Position numbers and translations under genes: made by a program
Notes under the pieces: generated by a model
The model's input: only the letters and a program-made list of their open reading frames with translations
What the model was told of the DNA's origin: nothing
Database searches by the model: none
Shown: one piece after another, positions 10,180-18,734 of the stretch
Layout: each line of letters starts with the position of its first letter
Numbering within the stretch: the stretch's first letter is position 1
Assembly (NCBI GenBank): GCA_947258355.1
Contig: CAMYIC010000059.1
Span: 65,648-129,647 of the forward strand
DNA: 64,000 nt
Direction of reading: 5' to 3'
DNA from: an uncultured Allomuricauda sp.
Lineage (GTDB): Bacteria > Bacteroidota > Bacteroidia > Flavobacteriales > Flavobacteriaceae

Positions 10180-11442
10180 TTAATTGAACAATGACAATTG
10201 TGTACTGTACTGATTCCTAAATTTTCCCGAGGAATTCTGTAGAATCATACCTTTAATTTTATCCGCATCCAGATCACGGCGTTCCCAGTGCCGGGAATCG
10301 CATACCATAAAATATTGGGCACGGTTGAGGGCCACACCAATCTTTTTGAGGTGGTCCCAGTTCAGTTTTCTAAATTTCCTGGCTTTTACAATTTTGTCAA
10401 CCGACCGCATTCCAATACCCGGAATTCGGGCCAGTAGTTGTTTGTCGGCCGTATTTATATTCACAGGAAAATGGTGCAGGTTGCGCAAGGCCCACGAGAG
10501 CTTTGGATCTACATCCATATCCAGGTTGGGATGCTGGTTGTTCAAGATTTCTCCAATGGAAAAGCCGTAAAAACGCAATAGCCAATCCGTTTGGTACAAT
10601 CGGTTTTCACGTAACATAGGTACTTGGGAACCAATGGCCGGCAAGCGGGAATCATGGGTTACTGGAACATAACCGGAATAATATACACGCTTCATATTGA
10701 AGGTTTTATAGTAATAGGTCGCGGAATACATAATATCCTTATCCGATTCTCCCGAAGCTCCCACAATCATTTGAGTACTTTGTCCTGCCGGGGCATATTT
10801 TGGTGTAGTCTTTATGATTTTTCGCTCTGATTTGTAACGTACAATTTCATTTTTCACCTTTTCCATAGGTTTGGTGAAATCTTCATGTTTTTTGTCCGGT
10901 GCCAATAATTTTAATCCTGAGATGGTAGGAACTTCGATGTTTACAGAAAGTCGGTCGGCGTACAATCCAGCTTCGTACATTAATTCATCGCTGGCCCCAG
11001 GAATGGATTTTAAATGGATATAGCCGTTGAAATTTTCTTCTTCGCGCAGTTTTTTGGCAACGGCCACCAAACGTTCCATGGTGTGGTCGGGACTTTTGAA
11101 AATCCCGGAACTCAAAAAAAGCCCTTCGATATAATTTCTGCGATAAAAATTGATGGTGAGGTCTACCACTTCCTGTACCTTGAAAGCGGCCCTCGGGACA
11201 TCATTACTTTTTCGGGTTACGCAATAGGCGCAATCAAAAATACAATGGTTGGTCAATAGGATTTTTAATAAGGAAACACATCGGCCATCTGCTGTATAGC
11301 TATGGCATATTCCCATTTTGGAAGCATTTCCCAATCCTTTGGTTTTATTCGTTCGGTCACTGCCACTACTTGCACAAGAGACATCGTATTTGGCAGCATC
11401 TGCCAATATGTTCAGTTTTTCTCTTATTCGTTCAAAATTCAT
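10180..11442 (-). CDS. Putative DNA modification/repair radical SAM protein (TIGR03916-like) with a C-terminal helix-hairpin-helix
   Basis: CxxxCxxC cluster motif CIFDCAYC and an HhH-like LLARIPGIGMRSVDKIV. The ORF track starts at a TTG (11460) inside a palindromic operator-like site. The ATG at 11442 (MNFERIREKL...) is the more plausible start. Confidence 0.88.
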   Translation of the reverse strand: MNFERIREKLNILADAAKYDVSCASSGSDRTNKTKGLGNASKMGICHSYTADGRCVSLLKILLTNHCIFDCAYCVTRKSNDVPRAAFKVQEVVDLTINFYRRNYIEGLFLSSGIFKSPDHTMERLVAVAKKLREEENFNGYIHLKSIPGASDELMYEAGLYADRLSVNIEVPTISGLKLLAPDKKHEDFTKPMEKVKNEIVRYKSERKIIKTTPKYAPAGQSTQMIVGASGESDKDIMYSATYYYKTFNMKRVYYSGYVPVTHDSRLPAIGSQVPMLRENRLYQTDWLLRFYGFSIGEILNNQHPNLDMDVDPKLSWALRNLHHFPVNINTADKQLLARIPGIGMRSVDKIVKARKFRKLNWDHLKKIGVALNRAQYFMVCDSRHWERRDLDADKIKGMILQNSSGKFRNQYSTQLSLFN

Positions 11443-11445
11443 AAC

Positions 11446-11524
11446 TTGGAAATATTCCAATCAAAAATATGGAAATAATCCAATAAATGGAAATAATCCA
11501 TAAAAGTTTTTGGAAATATTCCAA
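11446..11524. promoter_or_regulatory. Cluster of four operator-like 15-bp palindromes in the divergent promoter region
   Basis: Perfect TTGGAAATATTCCAA at 11446..11460 and 11510..11524. Degenerate ATGGAAATAATCCAA at 11469..11483 and ATGGAAATAATCCAT at 11487..11501. Start-to-start spacing is 23/18/23 nt, symmetric about about 11485. Confidence 0.7.
11462..11469 (-). promoter_or_regulatory. Candidate Bacteroidota -7 box (TATTTTTG on the minus strand) for the radical-SAM operon
   Basis: Plus-strand CAAAAATA is TAnnTTTG on the minus strand. It sits about 20 nt upstream of the ATG at 11442, between operator copies 1 and 2. Confidence 0.45.
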
Positions 11525-11530
11525 AATAGC

Positions 11531-11538
11531 TATATTTG
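11531..11538 (+). promoter_or_regulatory. Candidate Bacteroidota -7 box (TATATTTG) for the LexA-like repressor gene
   Basis: Exact match to TAnnTTTG, 6 nt downstream of the perfect palindrome at 11510..11524. Confidence 0.45.
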
Positions 11539-11586
11539 AGAATGGATTGTCTGTCTGGTTGCTTTCGAGAATAATATGTTGCTAGA

Positions 11587-11611
11587 TGTCTCGACTGCGC
11601 TCGACATGACA
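11587..11611. repeat. REP-like element, half copy (right arm only; the left arm is decayed)
   Basis: TGTCTCGACTGCGCTCGACATGACA matches the right arms at 8786..8810 and 50297..50321. Upstream, ..gctttcgagaat.. looks like a left arm with an internal deletion. Confidence 0.75.
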
Positions 11612-11622
11612 TTATTGAATTG

Positions 11623-12378
11623 ATGATGGAAAATGAAATAACCCTAAAAAGATTTACCGATATCCGCAGGGAGCTTGGCTACACCCAAACTGAGTTCGCC
11701 AAATTACTGGGGGTTAAAAATACCACGGCCGACATAGAGCGGGGGAGAACCAAGCTTTCTGGTAAAGTAGTGGCTGAACTTTTGAAGCAGTTCAAGATTA
11801 ATCCATTGTGGTTGTTCGGTGAAAGTGATCAAAAGCATTTGGATACCTCCAAAACCAGTGTTATTCCTAAAGTGGTCACTGTTGATAATTCCGATAATGA
11901 CAACATGGTGATGGTAAATGCCAAAGCTGCGGCAGGGTATCCACAGAATATTTCTGATACAAGTTGGTATAGGCAGTTGCCCGCTTTTGATATGCCCATA
12001 CCTGAGTTCCGTAATGCGACCTATCGTGGTTTTCAGGTGGAAGGGGATAGTATGTTGCCCAATTTAAGACCCAACGATTGGGTGTTGGCACGTGCTATTG
12101 AGCATATAGACCATGTGAGCCCCAATAAAATGTATGTGGTGGTATTACAAGATTCCGTGATGGTGAAGAAAATAGAGCGCAAGCCCAATTCCAATAACAT
12201 CACCTTGGTTTCCTTAAACGAAACCTACCCGCCTTACGAAATCAAACCCTTTCAAATTCAAGAGATTTGGGAGGTGAGCAGTAAGTTGACCTTTAATGTT
12301 GACGCAACTACCGAAACAGGCCTTTTAAAGCAACTACAGCAGTCCATGGAAGAGTTGAAAAAGCAGATAGCCAAATAA
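11623..12378 (+). CDS. LexA-like autocleavable repressor (XRE-type HTH plus S24 peptidase domain)
   Basis: N-terminal HTH LGYTQTEFAKLLGVKNTTADIERG. Candidate Ala-Gly cleavage site in VNAKAAAGYPQ. S24 catalytic Ser in VEGDSMLPNL and Lys in SVMVKKIER. The ORF track starts at TTG 11620; ATG 11623 follows immediately. Confidence 0.85.
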   Translation: MMENEITLKRFTDIRRELGYTQTEFAKLLGVKNTTADIERGRTKLSGKVVAELLKQFKINPLWLFGESDQKHLDTSKTSVIPKVVTVDNSDNDNMVMVNAKAAAGYPQNISDTSWYRQLPAFDMPIPEFRNATYRGFQVEGDSMLPNLRPNDWVLARAIEHIDHVSPNKMYVVVLQDSVMVKKIERKPNSNNITLVSLNETYPPYEIKPFQIQEIWEVSSKLTFNVDATTETGLLKQLQQSMEELKKQIAK

Positions 12379-12380
12379 TT

Positions 12381-13298
12381 TTAAGAGAAGAATTTGTTTT
12401 TAATGGCCTCCGCAACTGTATGTGCAGCTGTTGGGTTAAGACGGAACCATAATTCCGGTTCAAAAATCTCCAATTCGGCCAGTGCCCAATTACCATCATT
12501 ATCTTTAAAAATATCTACCCGTGCATAAACTGGTAATTCTGGTGCAGCATACACCACACTTTTTGCAAATGCTATTTGCGAAGCACTCGGCGAATAGTTA
12601 TGAACAGTTCCACCAAAATCATCCTGTACCCTAAAATCGCCAGCTTTGGCAATTTTCAACACAGCATGGGTAAACTGCACGTCAAAAACCATCATGGAAA
12701 TTTCTCCTTCCGAAACAATGTGGTGCTGAAATTCCTGAAGCATCATGGCTTCCTCTTTTATCAAATCTTGAAAAACAGCTTCGTGCTCGGAAACTGTATC
12801 ATTTTTGATCTTGTAGGTGTGACGTGCTGCTCCGGAAACACATGGCTTTAAAATGTACGTGTCCGTGGCGAAACCATAATCGGACTTCGCACGTTGAATA
12901 GTTCCTTCAAGGGTGGTTTCTGAACCTTTTTCCACGAACACCGTTTTGGGAACATTCACTCCAGCATTGGATAGGTCTTGAAAATAGTGCTTGTCAATAT
13001 TCCAATAAATCAGCTCTTTGGAATTGATAAACTGTGTTTGTTTTGATGCTTTTTCCAACCATTCTGAGAATTCCGCATAGCGGTCAAAATAGTCCCAAGT
13101 GGTCCGGAACAAGGCATATTTGGTGGTTGACCAATCAAAATCCGGGTCGTCCCATGATTTTCTCACCACATGTAACCCTTGATTTTGCAATGCTTCCAAT
13201 ACCAGTTGGTCTTCTTGCAGTACATTTTGAATGTAGGGTGTCTTTTCATTTGGGTCCACATACCTATGGTCCGTCAAAACAACAACGTCAAATTCCAT
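12381..13298 (-). CDS. ATP-grasp fold protein (RimK / glutathione-synthetase-like ligase)
   Basis: 305 aa. ATP-grasp-like segments: ILKPCVSGAARHTYKI, MMLQEFQ, ARVDIFKDNDGNWALAELEIFEPELWF. Confidence 0.65.
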   Translation of the reverse strand: MEFDVVVLTDHRYVDPNEKTPYIQNVLQEDQLVLEALQNQGLHVVRKSWDDPDFDWSTTKYALFRTTWDYFDRYAEFSEWLEKASKQTQFINSKELIYWNIDKHYFQDLSNAGVNVPKTVFVEKGSETTLEGTIQRAKSDYGFATDTYILKPCVSGAARHTYKIKNDTVSEHEAVFQDLIKEEAMMLQEFQHHIVSEGEISMMVFDVQFTHAVLKIAKAGDFRVQDDFGGTVHNYSPSASQIAFAKSVVYAAPELPVYARVDIFKDNDGNWALAELEIFEPELWFRLNPTAAHTVAEAIKNKFFS

Positions 13299-13308
13299 TG
13301 AATGCTAA

Positions 13309-14994
13309 TTAATAACCAACCGCTGTATCATCTCCACGTTTATCTGCGCCACCTTCCAATTTTCCGTCGGGCAACACACGAATCGCGTCAACCTTTCCAA
13401 TAATCGGGGTCCGCTCTTCATTGATGATGTACCCTTTGGATTTTAATTCGGCCTTAAGCTCTTCGGAAAAGCCTTCCGGTTCGAAGATCACCATATCAGG
13501 CAACCATTGATGGTGAAAACGGGGTGCGTTCACAGCTTCTTGCATGCTTAGGTTGAACTCATAAACATTCAAGATGGTCTGCGCAACAGCGGTAATTATC
13601 GTAGAACCACCAGGAGTACCCACAACCATGTATAGTTTCCCGTCTTTTTCCACAATGGTCGGGGTCATACTGCTCAGCATGCGTTTTTCCGGTTCAATAC
13701 TGTTGGCTTCGGCACCAATGAGTCCAAACATATTGGGTACGCCCGGTTTGGCACTAAAATCGTCCATTTCGTTATTCAAAAAGAAACCGAGTTCGGCACA
13801 ATATAATTTGGAACCATACCCTCCGTTTAAGGTAGAGGTAGCTGAAATGGCATTACCTTCCCTGTCCACAATAGAATAGTGTGTAGTTTGGGCACTTTCA
13901 ACTATTTCGACTTCACCATGACTAACCTCTGAGGATAAAGTAGCTTTGTCAAAAGAGAAATTGCTCATTCTGTCCTGTAAATATTCATCGTTTAGCAGCA
14001 TATCGTATGGAATGTCCACAAAATCAGGATCACCTAAATAGAAATTTCTATCAGCATAGGCCCTTCGAGATGCTTCGGTGAACAATTGGATGGTTTTGGT
14101 GGAGTTATGTCCATATTTGGCAACTTCGTAAGGTTCCATCATTTTAAATATCTGGTTGATGGTAACTCCTCCGCTGCTGGGTGGACTCATTGAGATTACT
14201 TTAATGCCCTTGTAGTTAAAGACAACGGGGTCTCTCCAGACCGCTTCATATTTTTCTAGATCTTCTTCAGTGATCAAACCTCCATTTTCTTGAACAAACT
14301 TGGCCAGCTTTTGAGCAACTTCGCCCTTGTAGAAACCATCGCGACCTTCTTCCATGATTTTTTGGAGTGTCTTCGCATAGGCAACATATTTTATAGTATC
14401 CCCTGGAGCAAAAGGACCTGCGAACTTGGTACTGTCACCATTGGCTTCAATAAATTGGTCCCTATATCCTTCCAATCGCTTTGCTTGTTTTTCTGTCACA
14501 ACCACGCCTTTGTTGGCAAGTGCGATAATAGGTTCTATGATATCCTTTAATGGAAGTTTTCCAAACTTTTCGTGCACTTCAATCATTCCTGCCACCGTTC
14601 CAGGTACTCCCACAGCGGTTCCTCCCGATGTACTCAAGCCAGGAATTACATTACCCAAGGAATCCAAATACATGTCTTTATGAGCGGCCAAAGGGGCTTT
14701 TTCGCGATAATCGATTCCACCGAATTCGCCATTGCTTTTGCGGTAGACCATAAAACCACCACCACCAACGCTTCCTGCAAACGGATAAGCGACAACGAGG
14801 GAAAGTTCCGTAGCTACCATGGCATCAAAAGCGTTTCCGCCCTTTTTCATAAGATCCACCGCCAATTGTGATGCTTCTTCACGGGCGGATACCACCATGG
14901 CCTTTTCGGCGACCAGTCCAGTAGGTGTTGCTGGTTGTTGCTTACAATTGATAAAAAAGATAAGGGGGAGGAAGAGGAGTACTAGTCTTCGCAT
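13309..14994 (-). CDS. ggt: Gamma-glutamyltransferase (lipoprotein-type signal)
   Basis: 561 aa. Signal with lipobox LIFFINC. Autoprocessing/nucleophile region AQTTHYSIVD. MVVGTPGGSTIITAV near the C-terminus. Confidence 0.93.
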   Translation of the reverse strand: MRRLVLLFLPLIFFINCKQQPATPTGLVAEKAMVVSAREEASQLAVDLMKKGGNAFDAMVATELSLVVAYPFAGSVGGGGFMVYRKSNGEFGGIDYREKAPLAAHKDMYLDSLGNVIPGLSTSGGTAVGVPGTVAGMIEVHEKFGKLPLKDIIEPIIALANKGVVVTEKQAKRLEGYRDQFIEANGDSTKFAGPFAPGDTIKYVAYAKTLQKIMEEGRDGFYKGEVAQKLAKFVQENGGLITEEDLEKYEAVWRDPVVFNYKGIKVISMSPPSSGGVTINQIFKMMEPYEVAKYGHNSTKTIQLFTEASRRAYADRNFYLGDPDFVDIPYDMLLNDEYLQDRMSNFSFDKATLSSEVSHGEVEIVESAQTTHYSIVDREGNAISATSTLNGGYGSKLYCAELGFFLNNEMDDFSAKPGVPNMFGLIGAEANSIEPEKRMLSSMTPTIVEKDGKLYMVVGTPGGSTIITAVAQTILNVYEFNLSMQEAVNAPRFHHQWLPDMVIFEPEGFSEELKAELKSKGYIINEERTPIIGKVDAIRVLPDGKLEGGADKRGDDTAVGY

Positions 14995-15575
14995 AGAGAA
15001 ATAAATTTTTGGTTGGAAAAGGTAATCAATTCTTCAAAAAATGAAGTGAATTCATTTTCGAATTCAGTATAGTTTTCTTCAAGGTCCAAAATGGCAAAAT
15101 TCATTCGGGACTTGTTTTTGGTTCTTCGGTTCATGCCATTGAGTACACGTTCAATCCCAGCTAAATTGGCATAGTTGAGCAGCCAATTGTCCGCAATCAT
15201 GTAGGGCATCATTCGTTTGGTGGCCATGGGTAGGATATCGTAATTGTCTTCCAATAAATCATAGAACTTTTCTACAAAAGTATCCAAAGGCACATCTGAA
15301 TAACTGCTCCAGTTTTTGGCCAAAAAATGGTCGTAATAAATATCAACGATCACTCGACTGTAATGATGGTAGTTTTTGTGAAGGCGCTTACTGCTTTTTC
15401 TGGCAGTTGGGTGTGCATCTGTGAAGGTGTCGATTTCCCGGTGCAGCAAAATGCCTTTCTGAATTTTTTCTGGCAAATGTTTGTACTTGTTGCCACGAAT
15501 ATGATCGGCAAAGAAATTACCCAATGTTATTTCCTCATCATCAAAAGATAAATAGATATGCGCTAAGAAGTTCAT
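14982..15575 (-). CDS. acpH: Acyl carrier protein phosphodiesterase
   Basis: 197 aa with the characteristic N-terminus MNFLAHIYLS...GNFFADHIRGNK. Its stop overlaps the ggt start by 13 nt, so the two are probably an operon. Confidence 0.85.
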   Translation of the reverse strand: MNFLAHIYLSFDDEEITLGNFFADHIRGNKYKHLPEKIQKGILLHREIDTFTDAHPTARKSSKRLHKNYHHYSRVIVDIYYDHFLAKNWSSYSDVPLDTFVEKFYDLLEDNYDILPMATKRMMPYMIADNWLLNYANLAGIERVLNGMNRRTKNKSRMNFAILDLEENYTEFENEFTSFFEELITFSNQKFISLCED

Positions 15576-15666
15576 CGGGGCAAATTCCTTTTCTGTCGAA
15601 ATTTACAAATTCAAAACATGGAATCGGTTAAGCCCCACTATATTTGCAAAAACTTTTTTAACAATT

Positions 15667-17055
15667 ATGACACTGATCAAATCAATTTCCGGAATACGAG
15701 GTACCATTGGAGGCCATACAAACGATAACCTAACACCTTTAGATGCTGTAAAATTTGCAGCAGCTTATGGTACTTGGTTAAAATCGTACTCGGAAAAAGA
15801 TGAATTAAAAGTCGTAATTGGTCGTGATGCCCGTTTATCTGGTGAAATGATCCAAAATTTGGTCGTCTCCACTTTGGTCGGACTTGGGATTGATGTAATC
15901 GATTTGGGACTGTCCACAACACCAACAGTAGAGATAGCGGTTCCTTTGGAAAAAGCGGACGGCGGTATCATTTTAACGGCCAGCCATAACCCAAAGCAAT
16001 GGAACGCCCTTAAATTGCTGAATGAAAAAGGAGAGTTTTTGGATGCGGAACAAGGGGCGAAGATCTTGGCTTTGGCCGAAAAAGAGGATTTTGAATTTGC
16101 CGAGGTCGATGACTTGGGAGAAATCATTAAAAATGATTCTTATATCGACATCCATATTGATGAAGTTTTGGAGCTGTCCTTGGTGGATGCAGATACCATT
16201 AAAAAAGCAAGCTTCAAAGTCGTTGTGGATGGCGTAAATTCCACTGGAGGTATCGCCATTCCCAAATTGCTTGAAGAATTGGGAGTGGAAGTAGTAAAGC
16301 TATATTGTGACCCAACAGGGCACTTTCCGCACAATCCCGAGCCATTAAAAGAGCATCTCGGCGATATCTGTAAAAAAGTAGTTGAAGAAAAGGCCGATTT
16401 TGGTATTGTGGTCGACCCGGATGTGGACCGTTTGGCGTTTATAAGCAACGACGGAGAAATGTTCGGTGAAGAATACACATTGGTGGCGTGCGCTGATTAT
16501 GTATTGTCCAAGACCAAAGGGAATACGGTATCCAACCTATCTTCTTCCAGAGCTTTACGCGATGTAACTGAAAAACATGGCGGAACGTATGAAGCCGCTG
16601 CAGTGGGAGAGGTGAACGTGGTGACCAAAATGAAAGCCAATAATGCTATTATTGGCGGTGAAGGTAACGGAGGAATCATCTATCCAGAAAGCCATTATGG
16701 GCGTGATGCCTTAGTAGGTACTGCTTTGTTCTTAATGTTGATGGCTGAGCGAGGAGGAACGGTTGCTGAACTACGTGCCAGCTATCCGAGTTACTTTATG
16801 AGCAAAAAGAAAATTCAATTGACACCAGACTTGGATGTGGATGCACTTTTGGAGGCCATGCACAACAAATACAAAGATGAGGAGATGTCCACTATTGATG
16901 GGGTAAAGATTGATTTTCCGGAGAACTGGGTACACTTAAGAAAATCGAATACAGAGCCCATTATCCGAATTTACACCGAGGCAAAATCACAGGACGAAGC
17001 CGATGGTTTGGCCGATAGAATCATCAGTGAAATAAAGGAAGTGGCAGGAATCTAG
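15667..17055 (+). CDS. glmM: Phosphoglucosamine mutase
   Basis: 462 aa. Active-site phosphoserine loop TASHNPKQWNALK, metal loop VVDPDVDRL, N-terminus SISGIRGTIGG. Confidence 0.93.
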   Translation: MTLIKSISGIRGTIGGHTNDNLTPLDAVKFAAAYGTWLKSYSEKDELKVVIGRDARLSGEMIQNLVVSTLVGLGIDVIDLGLSTTPTVEIAVPLEKADGGIILTASHNPKQWNALKLLNEKGEFLDAEQGAKILALAEKEDFEFAEVDDLGEIIKNDSYIDIHIDEVLELSLVDADTIKKASFKVVVDGVNSTGGIAIPKLLEELGVEVVKLYCDPTGHFPHNPEPLKEHLGDICKKVVEEKADFGIVVDPDVDRLAFISNDGEMFGEEYTLVACADYVLSKTKGNTVSNLSSSRALRDVTEKHGGTYEAAAVGEVNVVTKMKANNAIIGGEGNGGIIYPESHYGRDALVGTALFLMLMAERGGTVAELRASYPSYFMSKKKIQLTPDLDVDALLEAMHNKYKDEEMSTIDGVKIDFPENWVHLRKSNTEPIIRIYTEAKSQDEADGLADRIISEIKEVAGI

Positions 17056-17969
17056 GAATTCACAGCTTTAGTGGGTTTTCGTTGAAATTCTTTAGGCGCT
17101 TTGTCTTTGTGCTTCCAGCGTTTGTGGGTCCAGAAATAATACTCGGGTGCCTCTCTAATGGATTTTTCGGTTTCTCGTAAAAAGGCATCGGTAATTTCAT
17201 AATCAGGCACCTCGGAAGGGTTTTCAGTAAGAATTTTAAAGGAACCTTCGTAATATCCTCTTTTCTTTTTACGAACCTTTAGGTAAATCGGAATAAAGTC
17301 GTTGGCTTTACAGATTTCCTCACCACCAACATGAGCAGGAACAACAATTCCCATAAAGTCTGTCCAGTACTTTGTTCTACTGACCATGGGGGATTGGTCA
17401 CTGATTATACCCACCATCAATAATTCTTTGCTTTCTTTTGCTGCTTTAAGAATTTTTCGGGACTCTCTGGTGGATATGAGCTCGGTATTGTATTTGCCCC
17501 TGATGTCTCTTACCAACTTATCAAAATACTTGTTTTCAATTTTTTGATAGATACCATAACCTTTTGATAGTATTTGAAGGTTTAGGGAAAGTACCCACTC
17601 CCAACTGGCGTAATGAGGAAGCATTAGCATGGTATTGAGACCTTTTTTCTCCAATCCATTCACAAGCTCCATATTGGTGACCGTAAAACGTTCCTGAATT
17701 TCTTTTTTGCTCATGCCCATGGTCTTCATCATCTCCAGAAATATGTCGCACATGTGCTTGTAGAACTTTTTCTCTATCAGTAATCGTTCTTTTTCCGACT
17801 TTTCCGGAAAAACCAAAGCTAAATTGTTGCGCACCACTTTTTTCCGATAGCCTATTACATGGTACAATAGCACATAAACACCATCAGAAATAAAATAAAT
17901 GACTTTAAAGGGAAGTCTGGAAATCAACCAGAGCAATGGATAAACAAGGATATAAACTACCAGCTGCAT
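17052..17969 (-). CDS. Lysophospholipid / lipid A (LpxL/HtrB-type) acyltransferase family protein
   Basis: 305 aa. N-terminal membrane anchor, then LMLPHYASWEW (an HX4-type acyltransferase region). The size and architecture fit the lipid A biosynthesis acyltransferase family. Confidence 0.75.
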   Translation of the reverse strand: MQLVVYILVYPLLWLISRLPFKVIYFISDGVYVLLYHVIGYRKKVVRNNLALVFPEKSEKERLLIEKKFYKHMCDIFLEMMKTMGMSKKEIQERFTVTNMELVNGLEKKGLNTMLMLPHYASWEWVLSLNLQILSKGYGIYQKIENKYFDKLVRDIRGKYNTELISTRESRKILKAAKESKELLMVGIISDQSPMVSRTKYWTDFMGIVVPAHVGGEEICKANDFIPIYLKVRKKKRGYYEGSFKILTENPSEVPDYEITDAFLRETEKSIREAPEYYFWTHKRWKHKDKAPKEFQRKPTKAVNS

Positions 17970-18022
17970 AGACTATTCTTGTGTGCAAATATAGCTATAT
18001 TTGAACCCAAACCTTTTTTTAC

Positions 18023-18673
18023 ATGCTCAATTTACATATTGCTACTATTGCCATTATGGTCGCCAATGTTTTGGTTTCCCTACGCGGATTCAATAGCAAC
18101 GCTTTTTTTGATAGATACAAGTTCAGTATCAATGCTATACAGGCTGGTCAAAAAGAACGAATGGTGACATCTGGTTTTTTACATGTTGATATTTCGCATT
18201 TGTTCCTGAACATGTTCACCCTCTACTTTTTTGCCCCTGTGGTGATCAGTTGGTTCGGTTCCATAAAATTTCTGATCATTTATTTGGTCAGTTTGATTGC
18301 TGGTAGTTTGTTGGCGCTGGTTTTTCATAAAGATGAGCCATTTTACAGTGCTGTTGGAGCCAGTGGAGCGGTAATGGGCGTTCTTTATGCCGCTATTTTA
18401 CTCAATCCGGATATGCAATTGGGCATAATGTTCATTCCGATTCCGCTCCCTGCTTATGTTTTGGGTATTGCTTATTTGCTGTATTCCATTTGGGGGATGA
18501 AGAGCAGACATGGTAATATAGGACATACGGCCCACTTTGGTGGAGCTATTGGTGGCTATGCAACCACCTTGCTCTTTAAGCCGGAACTTTTTGCAACGGA
18601 TACACTGATTGTAGTATTGCTGGCCATTCCGATAATCATACTTTTTGTGTTGGAAAAGATGGGCAAAATATAG
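18023..18673 (+). CDS. Rhomboid family intramembrane serine protease
   Basis: 216 aa, polytopic. FLHVDISHLFLNMFTLY motif, catalytic Ser in GASGAVMG, catalytic His in HTAHFGGAIGGY. Confidence 0.9.
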   Translation: MLNLHIATIAIMVANVLVSLRGFNSNAFFDRYKFSINAIQAGQKERMVTSGFLHVDISHLFLNMFTLYFFAPVVISWFGSIKFLIIYLVSLIAGSLLALVFHKDEPFYSAVGASGAVMGVLYAAILLNPDMQLGIMFIPIPLPAYVLGIAYLLYSIWGMKSRHGNIGHTAHFGGAIGGYATTLLFKPELFATDTLIVVLLAIPIIILFVLEKMGKI

Positions 18674-18734
18674 TGCAACAAAAAAGGTCTTGACATAATC
18701 AAGACCCTCGTTTTTTCATATAGAATTTCGCTGT

